The notes under the pieces: generated by a model
Databases searched by the model: none
What the model was told of the DNA's origin: nothing
The model's input: only the letters and a program-made list of their open reading frames with translations
Shown here: piece by piece, positions 1-14,039 of the stretch
Position numbering within the stretch: position 1 is the stretch's first letter
How the letters are laid out: every line of letters begins with the position of its first letter
From: Eledone cirrhosa
Taxonomy: Eukaryota
Assembly: GCA_964016885.1 (NCBI GenBank)
Contig: OZ024742.1
Location: 273,296,001 to 273,360,000, forward strand
Direction: 5' to 3'
Length of the DNA stretch: 64,000 bases
Program-made: the position numbers and the translations under genes

Positions 1-1064
1 ATTTTTTAAAATGTTCTCTTTGTTTGAAGTGGCGGACGACCCAATTACATTTATACAAAAAGTATTTATGTGTAAATCCCATAAGTCGAACAGCTCCATA
101 CACTCGGTACCGAAAATATTTGTTGTATTTCTGAATACATAAGCTTTAGCTTTTACTCATTCCTCGAAATGTAACGTTACTTACTATTCGCTTTTAAAAA
201 AAGAACCCTTTCCTGAAATGCTAAGTGCAATCTTCGAGGTTTTATTTAATGTAAGTTTCCCGGTTCCTTTCCATGAATCTTCATTGATTATAGTAATGTC
301 GCTACCTGTATTTAACTGCAATTTAACATTCACATTGTTATTGTTTACATACAGAAATTTCCTTTGAGTCACCTTATTGTTGTATGTTTTTTTTCGCTGA
401 TAATGTGTTTACATAATTTTTCCTGTTGAACCTTTTTCTTGGTTTTGCTTTGAAGTGTGGTATTTTATGTCATATCCTCCCACACTCGAGGGTCTTTAAA
501 TATTTGAATGGACAATCGTATCTGAAGTGCAATCCTCCACATTAAAAACATGGATTATTATTTTTTTTGTTTTCAGTTTTTTACATTAGGTCGCACAGAC
601 TCTATATAACAGCGGTGTCTCTCTTTGATTCTTTCTGTATCGTGTCTCAGATTTATATTTCATTATCAATTCTATTAACTGTTTTTGTTGCAACTTGGGC
701 TAGTAAATCTTCCGTTTAAGAAGTTTCTTTTGTTTTTTTGTTTTTTTTCAAAAAAGTTCTTAAACGTATGCTTTGGATAACTCGTCGCTACTGTTACGAT
801 GGAGTGTTATACCTGTTATTATATCTGTACGAACGAAGGTATAACGAAAGTAGTTTCACCAAACATAATTAAGAACTACGACCGTTATAACTACAGTCAG
901 ACTCCGTAAACACGGTCTACTGGCAGTTCGCTTCAGTTACTATTTATAGATATTTTGCCTAGTGCACTTTTAATCACGCAAAAGTGTTCAGAGTTTTTCT
1001 ATACAAAAGTGATCAAATCGCAAACTACATTGATGTGGAGCAAATTGCTCACAACCCGGTCACA
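1..1064 (-). mobile_element. Gypsy-type LTR retrotransposon 5' remnant (LTR, PBS, decayed gag and protease), running off the window start
   Basis: Minus ORF 184-372 has LNTGSDITII (aspartic protease LDTG-like). A CCHC knuckle CF*CGGLHFRYDC lies at about 515-550. A PBS-like TAGCGACGAG (781-790) follows ..TAACA at 792. The putative LTR 792-1064 has TGT..ACA ends and a TATAAA near 943-948. Confidence 0.75.
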
Positions 1065-2365
1065 AATGTTTTCAATTTATTGTCTCAATGTATTTATCTA
1101 CACTCAAGTGTAGTATATAATTTTTTACAGCACGTCTATAATCGTTTCTTACCTAGATTTTCTCTTTCTGTAATATGATTGGTTGAATTATTTTAGTTTT
1201 GACTTTTTATGTTTGTATTCACCTGTGTATGGCCTAAAATTGAAACTACATCTTTGCTGGCATGACTTTGGTGTGAGGAAGTTCAGCTTACAATATATGA
1301 TTTGCAGATCGACCCCATTCTGTAATATTTGGCATCTGAAATATACCACATTTTCTAGTCGGTTGAAGATAACATGTGTTAATAGACGGCTACCTAAAAA
1401 ACTGGGCCGTTTCCCGTTACGGGGTTGTTGATTTAATACAACCCTTCGTTTACGACTACGAGATTTTACCAGTGTCCATGGAGGTACAATTGAACGTTAC
1501 AGGTCATCATAGAATGATATAGGGTTCTGCCTTTCATCGTCTCATGGATTAATTTAAAGTACAGGATATTTATATCTATCTATATCAGGTTATAATCAAA
1601 TCATCAATTTAAAGGAATACATCTAGTTATACTTACGAGAAAACCAGAAACAGGTAAAAATTATTGTTTTATAACACGATACTCATAAACTAACCTAGAC
1701 AAATGTCATTAAAAACGCTGTAACTGTGTTTGCAACTGGAATGTATTTATGTAAAAGTTTTGTCCCTTGTTTAAAATTGCTCATCAATTAAATCTCCCTT
1801 TTCAATAACATTGGTGAGGGGTTTGAAATAATATACTACCGGCCTATTATAATGATTCATTTAGTATATGAAATGGAAATGTAAGTGATGGGCTCGTGAG
1901 ATGTCTACCAAATGGTTCGGCTTCCTATGGTTTCTATAAGGTTGTATGATCTACATCGGGGTAATGACTCAGCAGAAATGGTTATTTTTAGTATATCCCA
2001 TGATGGAATGCGGGTGGAAATTATTTTTAATAATGAGGTTGAGTATGATTTAGTTTTGTTGGCTTTTACATTCATAAAATATTTTTCACTCGCTCGTATA
2101 ATACTTATAATTCGTGAATATTTTCTTTTATATGAGAATTTTATACGCATGATTTTGTGAAAGCGGCTCAGTTTGATGTGCAACAGTGTTATGGGAAATA
2201 AAAGCGAGATAGTTGAACATAAAGCTATCAGGGTTTATGTTGAACATACTTCATATTGTCTTGCGAGTTTTGTTTATTAATATTTTCAGTATGACAGGAG
2301 AATGTAAGTGGTTGTATGTATATATGAATTAGCTAAAACATCACTTGCATATACACTCACTCATA

Positions 2366-2434
<69 letters not shown>

Positions 2435-2530
2435 TAATAATAATAAATTTGAAGACTAAAATACAAAGAGGGCTTAATAAGGATAAATATATATCAAATA
2501 TATAAGATGAGCAATTTTCAACAAGGACAA

Positions 2531-2566
<36 letters not shown>

Positions 2567-2567
2567 T

Positions 2568-3064
2568 TCGTTTCTGAATTTGTTTAGCAAGATTCTTTAT
2601 GTGAAAACGTGTGTTGAAACCGATATTGTTATACTATGGGAGGGTCATGTTGCCAATAAGAAACACACGCACCAGATGCTTTCACTCCAATTTATTATAA
2701 ATTAAATTTATAAATTTAAGAATTTATAAATTTCCGGTTGGTTGGTAGGTTCCACAACCGGACGGTTGTTCATATATTGTCAAAGTTCTTTCGTCACACA
2801 TTCTTTGACCTCTTCAGTGACTGGGGATTCTTTTCTTTGTTTCTCTCCTTTGTTCTGTCCTACGCCATCTTGTTTTTGTGTGTGTTGTGTGCTTAGTTTG
2901 CGTATGTGTCTCTGTGTGTTTTTATTTGTTTATTTATTTGTTTATTTATATTTTACTGGTTTGTTCTATTTGTATGTATGTTTTCATTTTGTCCTTAATT
3001 GTAAGTTGTGATGTTGCTATTCCATTCATATTTTCTATTTAATTTTGGTTGGAGTTCATTTATG
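2568..3064 (-). mobile_element. Penelope-like element 3' end/pseudo-LTR (family A, same as 34-36 kb element), left member of an inverted pair
   Basis: Reverse complement matches about 35940-36460 (end of the EN ORF, pLTR and 3' extension). Ends in (TA)n. Confidence 0.9.
2778..2822 (-). ncRNA. Minimal type-I hammerhead ribozyme (family A)
   Basis: agtca-CUGAAGA-g-stem II-GAAA-gaac-UU-ugac. Core intact, CUU cleavage triplet, stem II partly mismatched. Confidence 0.6.
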
Positions 3065-3336
3065 TTTATTGCCTAAATAAACAAATAAAAACACACACAG
3101 ACACCCGGATGTAACACATGCGCAAATTAAGCACACAAAACCCACAAAAACAAGATGGCGTAGGACAGAACAAAGGAGAGAAACAAAGAAAAGAATCCCC
3201 AGTCACTGAAGAGGTAACACAATGTGTGACGAAGGAACTTTGACAATATATGAACAACCGTCCGGTTGTGGAACCAGCCAACCAACCAGCCGGAAATGTA
3301 TAAATTCTTAAATTTATAAATTTAATTTATAATAAA

Positions 3337-4286
3337 CTAGCAGTAAAGCCCGGCGTTGCTCGGGGTCGCTCAGTAGCTGTGTTAAAGTACACAATGTTAA
3401 GTTTCTTTTTTGGCTTAAAAACTGAAGTGTCTACTGTGCAGACTTGCATGTGGTGTTTTTGATTAATATTCCCTCAACCAACAATATGCCTTATGAAGTT
3501 AAGAAAACATAACGATAACCCGAATGTTATAACAAAAGAGGATGCTGGGGATAAAAACTGCACTGGTTATTTATTAACAAAGATCGAAAATGTAAACACT
3601 GCAACGCAGAGAAAAACATTAGCGTAACCAAATTATCAGTTATGTCTGTCTGCACGCCTATATCACCTCTCTGTACGACTGTCTGTCTGCACGCATATAT
3701 CACCTCTCTGCACGACTGTCTGTCTGCACGCCTATATCACCTCTCTGCACGACTGTCTGTCTGCACGCCTAACGAAATTTACAGATACATATATTTTAAA
3801 TAAACTTATATAATTTTTGCTTTTTTTTACGAAATATTTGCTTGTTTTACGTAGTCTTTAAATAGACTTGTTTTCAAGTAAAAATATTGTTTTAAAAGGC
3901 TTTTAAATGGAAATGAAGCAAAACGGAAGCTTAGTGTTCGAACTGATGAATTTTGCAGGTCAATATTTTGCTGGCTCGACAACTGTTCGTGTATCGTGTT
4001 AATGTCATTTTAAACGCTGAGAAAGCCAGCGTAATTTTTTACGTAAGACGCTCAATGTAAACATAACAAAGGGAAATAACTCGTCACTTACGCTCAAAAA
4101 TCGATACATTAGATTCGATTTCGTCACATAGGGTGGGTCAATTTGAAATATTTTTTTTCCGATGTCTTCGCTAGCGCTCAATGTACAAGTATAGCAATTT
4201 CGGTGCAATTCCGTCAGAGATTCTAAGAGGAGATGTGTGCCAAAAATCGATAGACAGACAGACAACCACAGTTTTATATATATAGA
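3337..4286 (-). mobile_element. Non-autonomous Helitron
   Basis: Minus strand has 5'-TC (4286-4285) and 3'-CTAG (3340-3337), a subterminal GC hairpin cccggcgttgctcggg (about 3349-3364), insertion between A and T with no TSD, and (GACA)n near the 5' end. Confidence 0.9.
3643..3771. repeat. 37-bp minisatellite, about 3.5 copies, inside the Helitron
   Basis: Unit tgtctgtctgcacgcctatatcacctctctgcacgac starts at 3643, 3680, 3717 and (partial) 3754. Confidence 0.95.
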
Positions 4287-4346
4287 TTGGAGTGAAAGCA
4301 ACTGGTGCGTGTGTTTCTTATTTTCAACATGACCCTCCCAAAGTAT

Positions 4347-4398
<52 letters not shown>

Positions 4399-5329
4399 TA
4401 TGTTCAAAGGTCGTGTTTGAAGCTCTAATCTTTGAAGATACGAAAGTAAATAAGTTTATATATAGATGCGCAGGCGAAAGCAACATCTGTGATTACAGAT
4501 AATTGCTATAAATAGCTTATAAAATAAGATAAATATATTTAATGACAGAAATGAATTATTTAGGTGGCCGCTATTTTATAAGGAGTTCGTTCTTTGTAGC
4601 GGTCGCTGTCAACACTTTTTACATCTGTAAGGGGCCATGCTCGAATTTTTATGAGCTATTTTATAACAACTGACTGAATTTTACTGTATCTGAGCTTTTT
4701 ATATCTTATCAATTTATTTCTTCGGCACTTCGATCATCTTACATGGCACTTTTTATATATTCAAAGCTGTTTAATACAGCTGCTTTTTTTAGGAAATTTC
4801 ATGTCAGTATTTCTCAGCTCAATGTTTGGAGCACCTATCCAAAATCTAAATGATACAGAGTTCGATCATTCGTAGTAGCTACTGTAAACATTTTCCCCTA
4901 TCTAAGTGTCGTTTGCCTAATACTTATGTACTATTTTAGAGCAGCTGAAATTATTTACTCTAACTGGGCATCTTAATTATTATATATATATATATAGAGA
5001 GAGAGAGTCATTAAACTCACAAGAAGTTGTGGAAATATGTAGTCTTGATGAATGCTAAATGCCCAGAATTGACGTGTTGTCGATAAATTCTACCTTCATT
5101 TGCTGAGGTTACTTTTATGATGTTGATTACAACCTTGATTATTCACAGCCAAAGGCTGTCAAATGCGTTTTAAAAAATATCCCTCATATTATAAAAATAC
5201 AACAACAACAACGGGAACAACAATTCATTCGCAGCTGTGTCTGCAAAAAAAAAAAAAAAAGATGTTTCAAGTGAACATTTCGGACAAGGTGCAGCTGTTG
5301 GATCAGGCGTAGAAACTGATTAAGCGAGA

Positions 5330-7050
5330 ATAATCCTGGGCCCACCTAACCATCCCGGACGAATGCCAAGTGGAACTTTGCATTATTGAGGTATTTTAGT
5401 GCAGACACGCAAACTGGAACTCGACACCTAGGCAGAAGTCGAAGCTGCACTGAAATGATTCAAACATGACATGGAGTAAAATGCAAAAGCAAGAAAGTTC
5501 GGCAGCATCTCATTGCTGTTCCAAATCGAGGCCCTTGCTATTAAATAATCAGTGGCCCCCCTGTAGATCGGACCGCATTATGATGTACCTTCCGACATGG
5601 GCAGAAGGACAGTAAAGGCCATCATTCCCAGCATCCCACCAGGACTGAACATACGGTGGCTTCTGAGGTGCATGGTCGTAGAGGGTACCAATAATACTCT
5701 CATAGACATTAGAAACATATCTAATGAGGACAATGTGCGCTTTCATGACGGGTCCAGATGACTGAGCGTAGAGCCTACACTGCTTCGTCTGCGGCGATGC
5801 AATACATCTGCAAATCTTCTGCACTCAGCTCAGAAATGCATTGGGCGCAAGCCTCGGTTGCTGAAAACGCCAGTGCCTGCTGGGACGGAGAGCTCCACCA
5901 ACGCCAACACCTGCATCCCCACCAACAGCCGCAATACCAGTCAAATCACCATCACCACCACCACCACAAAGAGCACCAAAACCAACCCAGGTGCAAAACG
6001 AGGAAACCTCTCCCATCCACCCCCCCCCAAAAAAAAATACACATATTGACACAAACAAACACACACACACAACCAAATACACCTCAGTAGTGAAGACGCG
6101 GTACAAACAAAAAGAGCAAAAAGAAAAAAAAAATGAAAAACACACGAAACAGAAAAAGAAACCTGGAAACATCCCATACCTCAAAACAACTCAACCTGTA
6201 AACGCTACACTCACAACAAACATTCCAACAACAACACCACCACCACCAACACCAACACAATCGCTAAACGCAGGATCCACAACAATCACAAGAACAAAAC
6301 AAAACACACAGCTTCTTGCTATTAAGAAGGGCCAACAAGTATTTCATAGCCTTGATAGCATGAAGGCATGGCACAGAAAGGGAAAGGGGAATTATTTGGC
6401 ACCAGCACATTTCGAGTACCTAGGGACCTATAGATGGCACATGTGTCGCTCGGTGCATACAAACGATATTTCCTCGTAACGTAGGGACCTCCAATATAAA
6501 AACCACTTCAAGACTTTTAAAGGGGTTATCAAAGGAAACCGTACCAACCACAGGCTCCAGGATGGTAAGTAAACCTTTCCTCTTTTCCTTTACCTTGCGA
6601 CCGTTGCTATTCTAAGATTAGGATGTTTAAATGTTCGTGACCTGGGATCGTCATGGAAGCAGGGTCACCTGCTTAACGACCTCAGATCACTAGATATGTA
6701 TGTGATTGCCGTCAGCGAGACCAGAATTTTCGACACTCATGCACTAGCCTACATTTTCGACAATTATCAGATCTTCGCAACTTTTAGCCGGGAATGGGAG
6801 GTGGGCTGGAAGTGCTGTTTATAATTGACCAGGATCTCGAGGTAAGGTCAATCTTCCTAGATCTGCACGGTAAGTTGGTCTACCTGGACCGGAACAGTAG
6901 CGAACATGAAGCATTTAGACTGGTGGCCGGACTTCTCTTGGCGCCTAGAAGCTTCACTTGGAACGTCTCACTCTTTACTATAAGCAGGGGACAGGAATGG
7001 CATCTTAGACTCACTGGGACTGTATAGGAGTCGCTGATAGGTACATCAAC
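5330..7050 (+). mobile_element. Tx1/L1-like non-LTR retrotransposon remnant (ORF1 plus start of the ORF2 AP endonuclease)
   Basis: ORF1 CCHC knuckle CFVCGDAIHLQIFC near 5780. APE N-terminus LGCLNVRDL..DMYVIAVSETR from about 6612 and GDFN-like GDRN near 6990. Homologous to 62760-64000. Confidence 0.8.
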
Positions 7051-7199
7051 AGTTATAGTGGCTTTCATGACATACTTACACACACATGCAAGTGTGTGTT
7101 TTGTGCGTGTAAGACTGTTCACTGTTATTTGCAATGGATTGTGCTAATATTTCTAGTAGATGGAAGTGTCACATACAACCTTTCCTTCTTGCTTCATAT

Positions 7200-7885
7200 A
7201 TATATATACATACATGAGACAGTAGACTGGGATATATATGTCTAACTAAAGTACGGTGATAAACACTCGCACACATATATATGTCTCTAACTTAAGTACT
7301 GTGATAAACACACACACACGTGGCTCTAATTTAAGAACGCCGAGACACAAACGCGTGTGCGTTCACACACACACACACACACACACAGTCTCATTACAAC
7401 TTTTGTGAAAGACAGAGAGAGAGAAAGAGAAGAAACGTTAACAAAGGAGTTAGTTAAGAAGCGTTTAAAAAATAAATAGAAGTTAGTTATCGAACTATGC
7501 TATCATATTTCTGTTTTTTTTCTCTCTTCCCTAATCTCCCACTTTCTCTCTCTTTCTTTGGCTCTCTTTCTCTCTCTCTCTTATCCTCTATCTCCCATCC
7601 AATCTCTTTCTCTCTTATCTCCTCTCTCTCATCCCTCCTCTCCCTTTCTCTGCAGAATGAAGAACAAAATTAAGTTGTTGCCTCGTTTTGGAGGACTGAG
7701 TTGTGGGAGGGAGGGTTTAATGTCCCCAGCGGTTCGCCTATTGACTTTTATAGAAATCCAATTAGATAGTACTGTTCCTGAATATTAGCTTAACATGTGT
7801 GTAAAGTTTAATCAGGATCTGATCACTGGTTTAGACGCCAACTGGTTACTGACAGACAGACATAAATTGCCATTTATATCGTAGA
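7200..7885 (-). mobile_element. Partial non-autonomous Helitron (5' end retained)
   Basis: gacagacagaca..tttatatcgtaga|t terminus resembles the 4286 end. Internal short repeats at 7240-7350. The 3' CTAG end was not located. Confidence 0.45.
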
Positions 7886-8271
7886 TAAGTATGCAATTTA
7901 TTTGCTAAATTTCTTAGCTCTTGATTAAGCATAAATAATCTTATATATAAAGCAAAATAAATAATCTTATATATAAGACAGCAAAATGCAGGCAAAATGG
8001 GTGGACAAACGAACCACTACCAGAGCAAAATCTAACAATATCGTGAGGTGCACTGGAAAACCACTCTAATAATTTTTTAGGCAAGCCAGCATGCACGCAA
8101 CACTACTTCTAGTGATGGCGAGGCTGATGTGCTCAAAAGGTCAAGCGCCTTCAGAAAAATCACCAATTCCCTCGGACAGGGGAGTCGCTATTTACCACAA
8201 TTTACTATTCAATTTAGTATATCTGTATGCATATATATTTGCGTGTAATATCAATATACACACTAAATATG

Positions 8272-8300
8272 CTAGCAGAAAACCGCCCGCAGTGTGGGTT
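8272..8300 (-). mobile_element. Isolated Helitron-like 3' terminus
   Basis: CTAG followed by the hairpin cccgcagtgtggg, with the same geometry as 3337-3364. Confidence 0.4.
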
Positions 8301-8687
8301 TTCTGCAATTCTTTTTTCAAAGAACCAATTGATACAATATCAAGATTGTCTGAAGTCAAAATACATATATGGTTTTAAAAGGAAATGAGATTCAAATGCT
8401 TCATATGCATAATGAAATTTTATTAAAAATAACACGCAAGGGTATCAGGTTACTTGTGTCCCCCCCCCCCAAAAAAAAAGAATTTTAGATTGCACTGAAT
8501 AAACCAAGGTTTATTTATCTAGAAGATTGTTAATGCTTTTCCTTATAAAGGTAAGATAGCTTGTTAATTCGGATATAAGAAAAGATTTTGAAAAACATTT
8601 GGCATTTATATTTAGTTAGTTAGCATACTATGTATGAAATAATATATATAATAAATATAATAAACGTAATCGTATATATACAGTAGA

Positions 8688-8726
<39 letters not shown>

Positions 8727-9846
8727 GAAGTATTTCCGTAGGAAAGGTAAAGGAAAAGAGAGTGCTCTATGTAGTCTACACTTATGTGAGAACGTATACG
8801 TTTACGTACTATTACGTATAAGAGTGTGTGTATGTTAATGTTCTGGATATTTATTTATATATTCTTTTCCCCTCAATTTTTGCCCGTTATTTCAGCCTCA
8901 CTTTCATTTATCCTAAACTTTGTTTTCAAATCCATATTTAATACACATTCCATATTATTCTTTCTGACGACTGATGCCAGAAATAAATATCTGCCTTTAA
9001 GAAACCACTGGTAAATTAATTAATTATCTTATGTTGTTTAATACATAACTATATATATATATATATAATTATAAATCATGTCTACAGAATTATTAGATAA
9101 ACAAAATATATACTCCATTAATGCTCTGAGTATTTAATTTATTAATTCTTCATAGAGCTAAAAAGTGACCGGTTGTAACATATATAAATGTATGTATATG
9201 TAAACCTCTATATTTAATAATCTCCCGTAAGGTTGAGATTAAATTTGGCGATATTTGGCTGCGCTTTCGAGCGACAGGCCTACACGCCGTCAACAGCCAA
9301 TCACATTCTTTCCAACTTGACCACGGCCATAGTGTGATTCTTAGCCATTTTTTAATCCAATTTTGGCGCGATCGGCTTGGAATACTAAGTGTCTATTTTT
9401 GAGTTTATCTCCTGATGATTCCGAACTCAATGGATTTCCTATTAATAGGATATCTAAAAATACGGATGAAACCATGGTAGAGATAGTTACGGTATGTTTG
9501 ATTTTACACCGAATGGCATATGGTTAATTATGTACTTGGTCGATTTATGCATGCTGTCGAAATGTTGGATAAATAACCTGCTGTGGATAACGTGAAGTAC
9601 CCACTCTCGTTTGTTTGTCGGAGATTTCTTCATAGGAGCTTTTATCCCTATGGCTTAGTATAATTGATTTTTTATATGGTTTATTGTGCTGTTTGGCAGA
9701 GGAAATGGAGTATATATTTTGTTTATCTAATAATTCTGTAGACATGATTTATAATAATATATTGCTCTGAGTATTTCATTTAATAATTCTTCATAGAGCT
9801 AAAAAGTGACCGGTTGTAACATATATAAATTTATGTATATGTAAAC

Positions 9847-9894
<48 letters not shown>

Positions 9895-12689
9895 TCCAAT
9901 CTGGTTCGAAAATAAAATAGAATAGCTTCTCTTTTGGAAATGCATTTTAATTATTTTTCAAAGTCATCTTGTTTTAAGCCCAGTTTCAATCAGGCTATAC
10001 AGTTTCTTTTGTCAAAGAATTTAGAGAACTTTGCACGACGAATAAGTTTTAACTGGACCCCTGTGCTTAAGTCACCTGTCTAACAATCACTTTATTTACT
10101 TTGCCTCTTCTGCTTTCAAAATGTTTTCAAATATTGTTTTCTAATTATCTAAAAAAAAAAAAAAAGAAACGAATTGGTTCCCCGTACTTTTTATGAATAA
10201 TTAATTTCTGCTTCGATTTAAATCATATTTAGTTTGAATCTATTTATTTGAATGAATCTATGTATTTGTATTTTTATAGATCTCTATTTTTATAAGCAAA
10301 AAAAATATTTTCTATGTCTGTAATTATATCCCTTGGTATATATATGGTTTAGAAAAAAAATATATTATTGATAAAGATGAAAGATTAATTTTATCGTATG
10401 CCATCGAAGTATTTAAGAAGTGCTCTTATTTTAATTGTATCTAGTTTAGGCTTATAGTGAAAAGATAAATTTTTCCGTTTATATATTTAACTAAACCTTA
10501 GGAAAATAGATTTTATTGGGGTATACATATTTGTATTCCCAAAATGATATAAGGAACGGGAGACTTTATATGTGCTTCGTGTATGTTATATTAAATTATA
10601 TATTCAAGTATTCAGGTTTCAGCTTAAGTGTTTTATAATATTTAAAATTTTCTCTTAAGGATTATTAGTTTTGATTCCAAAAAATAAGACGTAAGTTACA
10701 TCCTTCTCTTCCAGAATGGTATGAATGGGCTACTTTCAGTATCTTCAAGTTAACTGAGTAATCCGTATTGGTCTCTCTATGGTTCCATACATATCTACCT
10801 AAAGCTGGCGAATTATTGAGTTCTTTTTTCGGAAAGAGTGGTGGAGTACATAGTACAAAGCTACTCGAAGTATATGGACATTACTACTATTATTTATGGA
10901 TACAGGCATATGGAATTCTACAGTTACATTTCTTATTGTTGTTAGTATGCCGTAATTTAAGTTTGAATTATGTATATGTAATGGAGTTTGGGAGTCTGGG
11001 GTATTATTGCTACAATTCTTTCTTAGTTCTAGGGTATTTGTAGTAATAGTGGACGGAATATTGTATTTACTTCCCAATTATTACATGATAGTAATTAGTT
11101 AGCGATATTAGGGATAGTATGGTCTTATTAAATATTGCGTGACATCGGTGTGTTGGAGTGATCATTTTCGCTATGATATTAAATAATATCTTTGGTATAT
11201 TGGAGGGAAGGTTCTTGCTGAACTATGTAGTGAATTCCCAGCGATTTATTTATTGTGCATAATTTGTTTTAGGTTTATTCTGTTTGTATTCAAACTCGTT
11301 TGCATTTTTATTACTACAGGGTTTAGATATATGTTTGTATATGGGTCTACTTTATATTTTTGTGTTTATGAGATTGTCACTATGGCTGTTTGTTTTAGTG
11401 TTGGAGTTATACTTTTTTTTCGGTTACTCTTGTTGCTTTCGTAGTTTTAACTATTCGTTCTTTTATATATTAACGGATGCTTTGTGAAGAATTCACTATT
11501 GGCTTACAAGAATAAGAAGCAGAATATTGATAACATTGTTAATGTTAAAAGTCAATTCCACGAGGCAAATTATAATACTTAGTATATTAGGATTCTAGGA
11601 AATATTTCATGGAGGAAAGGAAGTGTTTGAAAATATAATTAAAATATGTGTTTAGATAATCAACGTGTTCGAATTTTTCTGTATGGAACTGCATGTTATT
11701 TGTTTTAGGACGTACGAAAATTAATATTAATATTAATTCATACATAAAAGATTAAAAGAAAGATGATCAAACTTGTTTACATCAGTGAGATAGTTGCTGC
11801 TGCATCCGGGAGGACAGACGATTTATCCCGGGGCTAAATTATGTGTTTTTGGAAACGATGGAAGCGATGTATTTCAAAGTTTATTAATGTAGCTATGTTA
11901 TGCTTAAATGAAAATTAGGTTACATTCTAAATCAACGAGGTACATTCCAAATTTTTCCAAAGTTAGCCACAAATAAATATCCATGTTCAGGTTCGTTATA
12001 TTTTAGGCAACCTGAATACATTTTCCGTTACATCAAACAAGCTTAGATTATTAAAAAATAAACAGATTTCATAATTGATTCAGTAATAATTGATAAGTGA
12101 TTTGTGCGATATGAAAGTTTTAAAGCACAGTCACATGTTTTCAAAAATGTGCAAAACTATCATTCTGGCAAACATTTTTTATTTCATATCAATGGCCTTT
12201 AGAGTATAATGATTAACATCACATTTTTGCAAGATATTTGTTAACAGCATCGTATGTATATTATGATTTGTACACTGAAACTTCATTGCTCAACCAAAGG
12301 CTACATGGTCAGAAACTCTCATAAAAGTGCAAGCAATGTTTGCAAGCTATATAATGAGGCTGATATCTTAAAATATATGTACGAAATTTGACAGTGTGAG
12401 GATACGTAGAGCAACAACAGCGTGTAATTGCTGTAGGGGATAAAACACTGGTATTAAATTATTTCACACTTCAAAAATATCTGGGAAAATATTAATTTAA
12501 ATCCTAATAAATAAAATGTGTCAGTTAGTAATGTGTTCTTGGTTAGAAAAACAAATGTATGACGAAATGGACTTGAGTAATTATAAAAGAGTGAAGCGTT
12601 GCAAAAACAATTGCTGAGGATGTTGTTGTATCATTTCGAGATGTGTCAGGAAAGAGTCTCCTAATAACAGAAAGGATTAGTTGTAAATT

Positions 12690-13830
12690 TGTTGTTCATG
12701 GAATCCAATGACTAAGTTGGCATACGTGGAGCTATCTTTGTGCGGATTGTTGTACCTGAGATTTGTCGGTATGTTGAATCATTGAAAGTAAAATAATTAT
12801 TCTGTAAGATAAATTGGAGCCTGTCAATAATAAAGTGTTTTATGCCTGCTGGTATGTAAGATTGGTGCGTGTGTAGCCAGTACTGGATTTCCGTTATTCC
12901 ATAGTTATGGGGTATGTTTGTGTAAAAATTGACTACATCAAAGGTGCCAAGAATAGTGTCTTCACTTACAATTTTGGGGAGGTGGTTCAGCATGTCACGA
13001 TCATCAGGTATGTAGCTCTGTATATATTTCAATAAGGGCTTTAGTAGGATGTCCAGGAAGTTGCTAAGTCTGTGGGTTTCACACTCAGGGCCTGCTATTA
13101 TTGGTCTGAGTTTTAAGTATTCTGGTGGTGTTAATTGTATGTATTTGTTAGGTGAAGTGTCACAGGCATCGTCTTTGAGTTTACATTTGTGGATCTTCGG
13201 TAAGCTGTAAAAAGTACTTGTTTTACATTTGAAATGGCTTATGCATTCAAATTCTTTTTGTGGTTAGCTTATTGCGATAGTTTTGCTGTAATGCCAAGAG
13301 ATTCCCCTTTGTTTTAGATTGTTTATAGTTTTCTTTTTTTTCGTAGTATTTGTTGTCGTTTAAGATTTTAAGTGCCAGTTCCCAATAGTAGTCAGTGTTC
13401 ATAATGATTACAGTACTCCCTTTATGTACTTATTTGGTGAATGTTTCAGTGATTTGAAGTGTGAATGATTCTTTCAATTCGCGTATAGAGAGGTTCGATT
13501 TCGTGTGTTTATTCGCAATTTGTTCACAGGGAAAGTTGATGATGCCTTCGCAGTAGATGTCCAGTGTTATGTTCCTTCCTTTTTGTGGGCAGAAATCATT
13601 TTTGTTTCTAACTATCGATTCGTATTCAGAGTTGGTGTCGTTGGAGAAGTATTCTATTATTCTAGATTTTCGGCAGAATTCAATGTTGTCATCTTTCATT
13701 TTGGATAAGTTAGAGTTTTATGGTGTGGGCTTAAATTTCAGTCCCTTACTTAATATGTTAATTTGTGCGTTAGTTAGTGATATCTTTAAAAGGTTAATCA
13801 CATTCAGTTTCTTATGAGTGGGGGCAATCG
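12690..13830 (-). mobile_element. Decayed Penelope-like RT (N-terminal half)
   Basis: LLSKGLKF.PTP, RPIIAGPECETHRLSNFLDILLKP, FDVVNFYTNIPH (motif A) and QISGTTIRTKIAP (motif B'), with frameshifts and stops. Confidence 0.9.
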
Positions 13831-14039
13831 TGTGTCCTGTTATTTCAGTCTTTTTTCTAAATATTTAAAATATACCCGCTTTCGATGTATCAGTATGAAC
13901 CATCTTATCAAATGTTGAGAAGACTGAGTCTAAAACGGAGCCATATATTTACAGAGAGTGGTAGTCTTAGTATTAGAAGTAGTGTTGGTAGTTGTGTCTT
14001 TTGCAGAACAAAATTATTTTTAGGAATACTGACAATTGT

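Larger units (their letters stand above)
3066..4350 (+). mobile_element. Penelope-like pseudo-LTR (family A), right member of the inverted pair, split by a Helitron
   Basis: 3066-3336 joined to 4287-4350 matches about 36065-36402. Its HHR at 3201-3244 has GAAG in place of GAAA. Ends in (TA)n. Confidence 0.9.

Noticed and set aside
1800-2300. Overlapping ORFs 1905-2183 and 1912-2160
   Set aside because: No recognisable domain; probably a decayed repeat.
3643-3771. 37-bp repeats of CRISPR-like length
   Set aside because: Head-to-tail with no spacers, no cas genes, and a eukaryotic context.
10570-11500. Possible decayed LINE C-terminus on the minus strand
   Set aside because: Strand-biased composition but no motif I can name with confidence.
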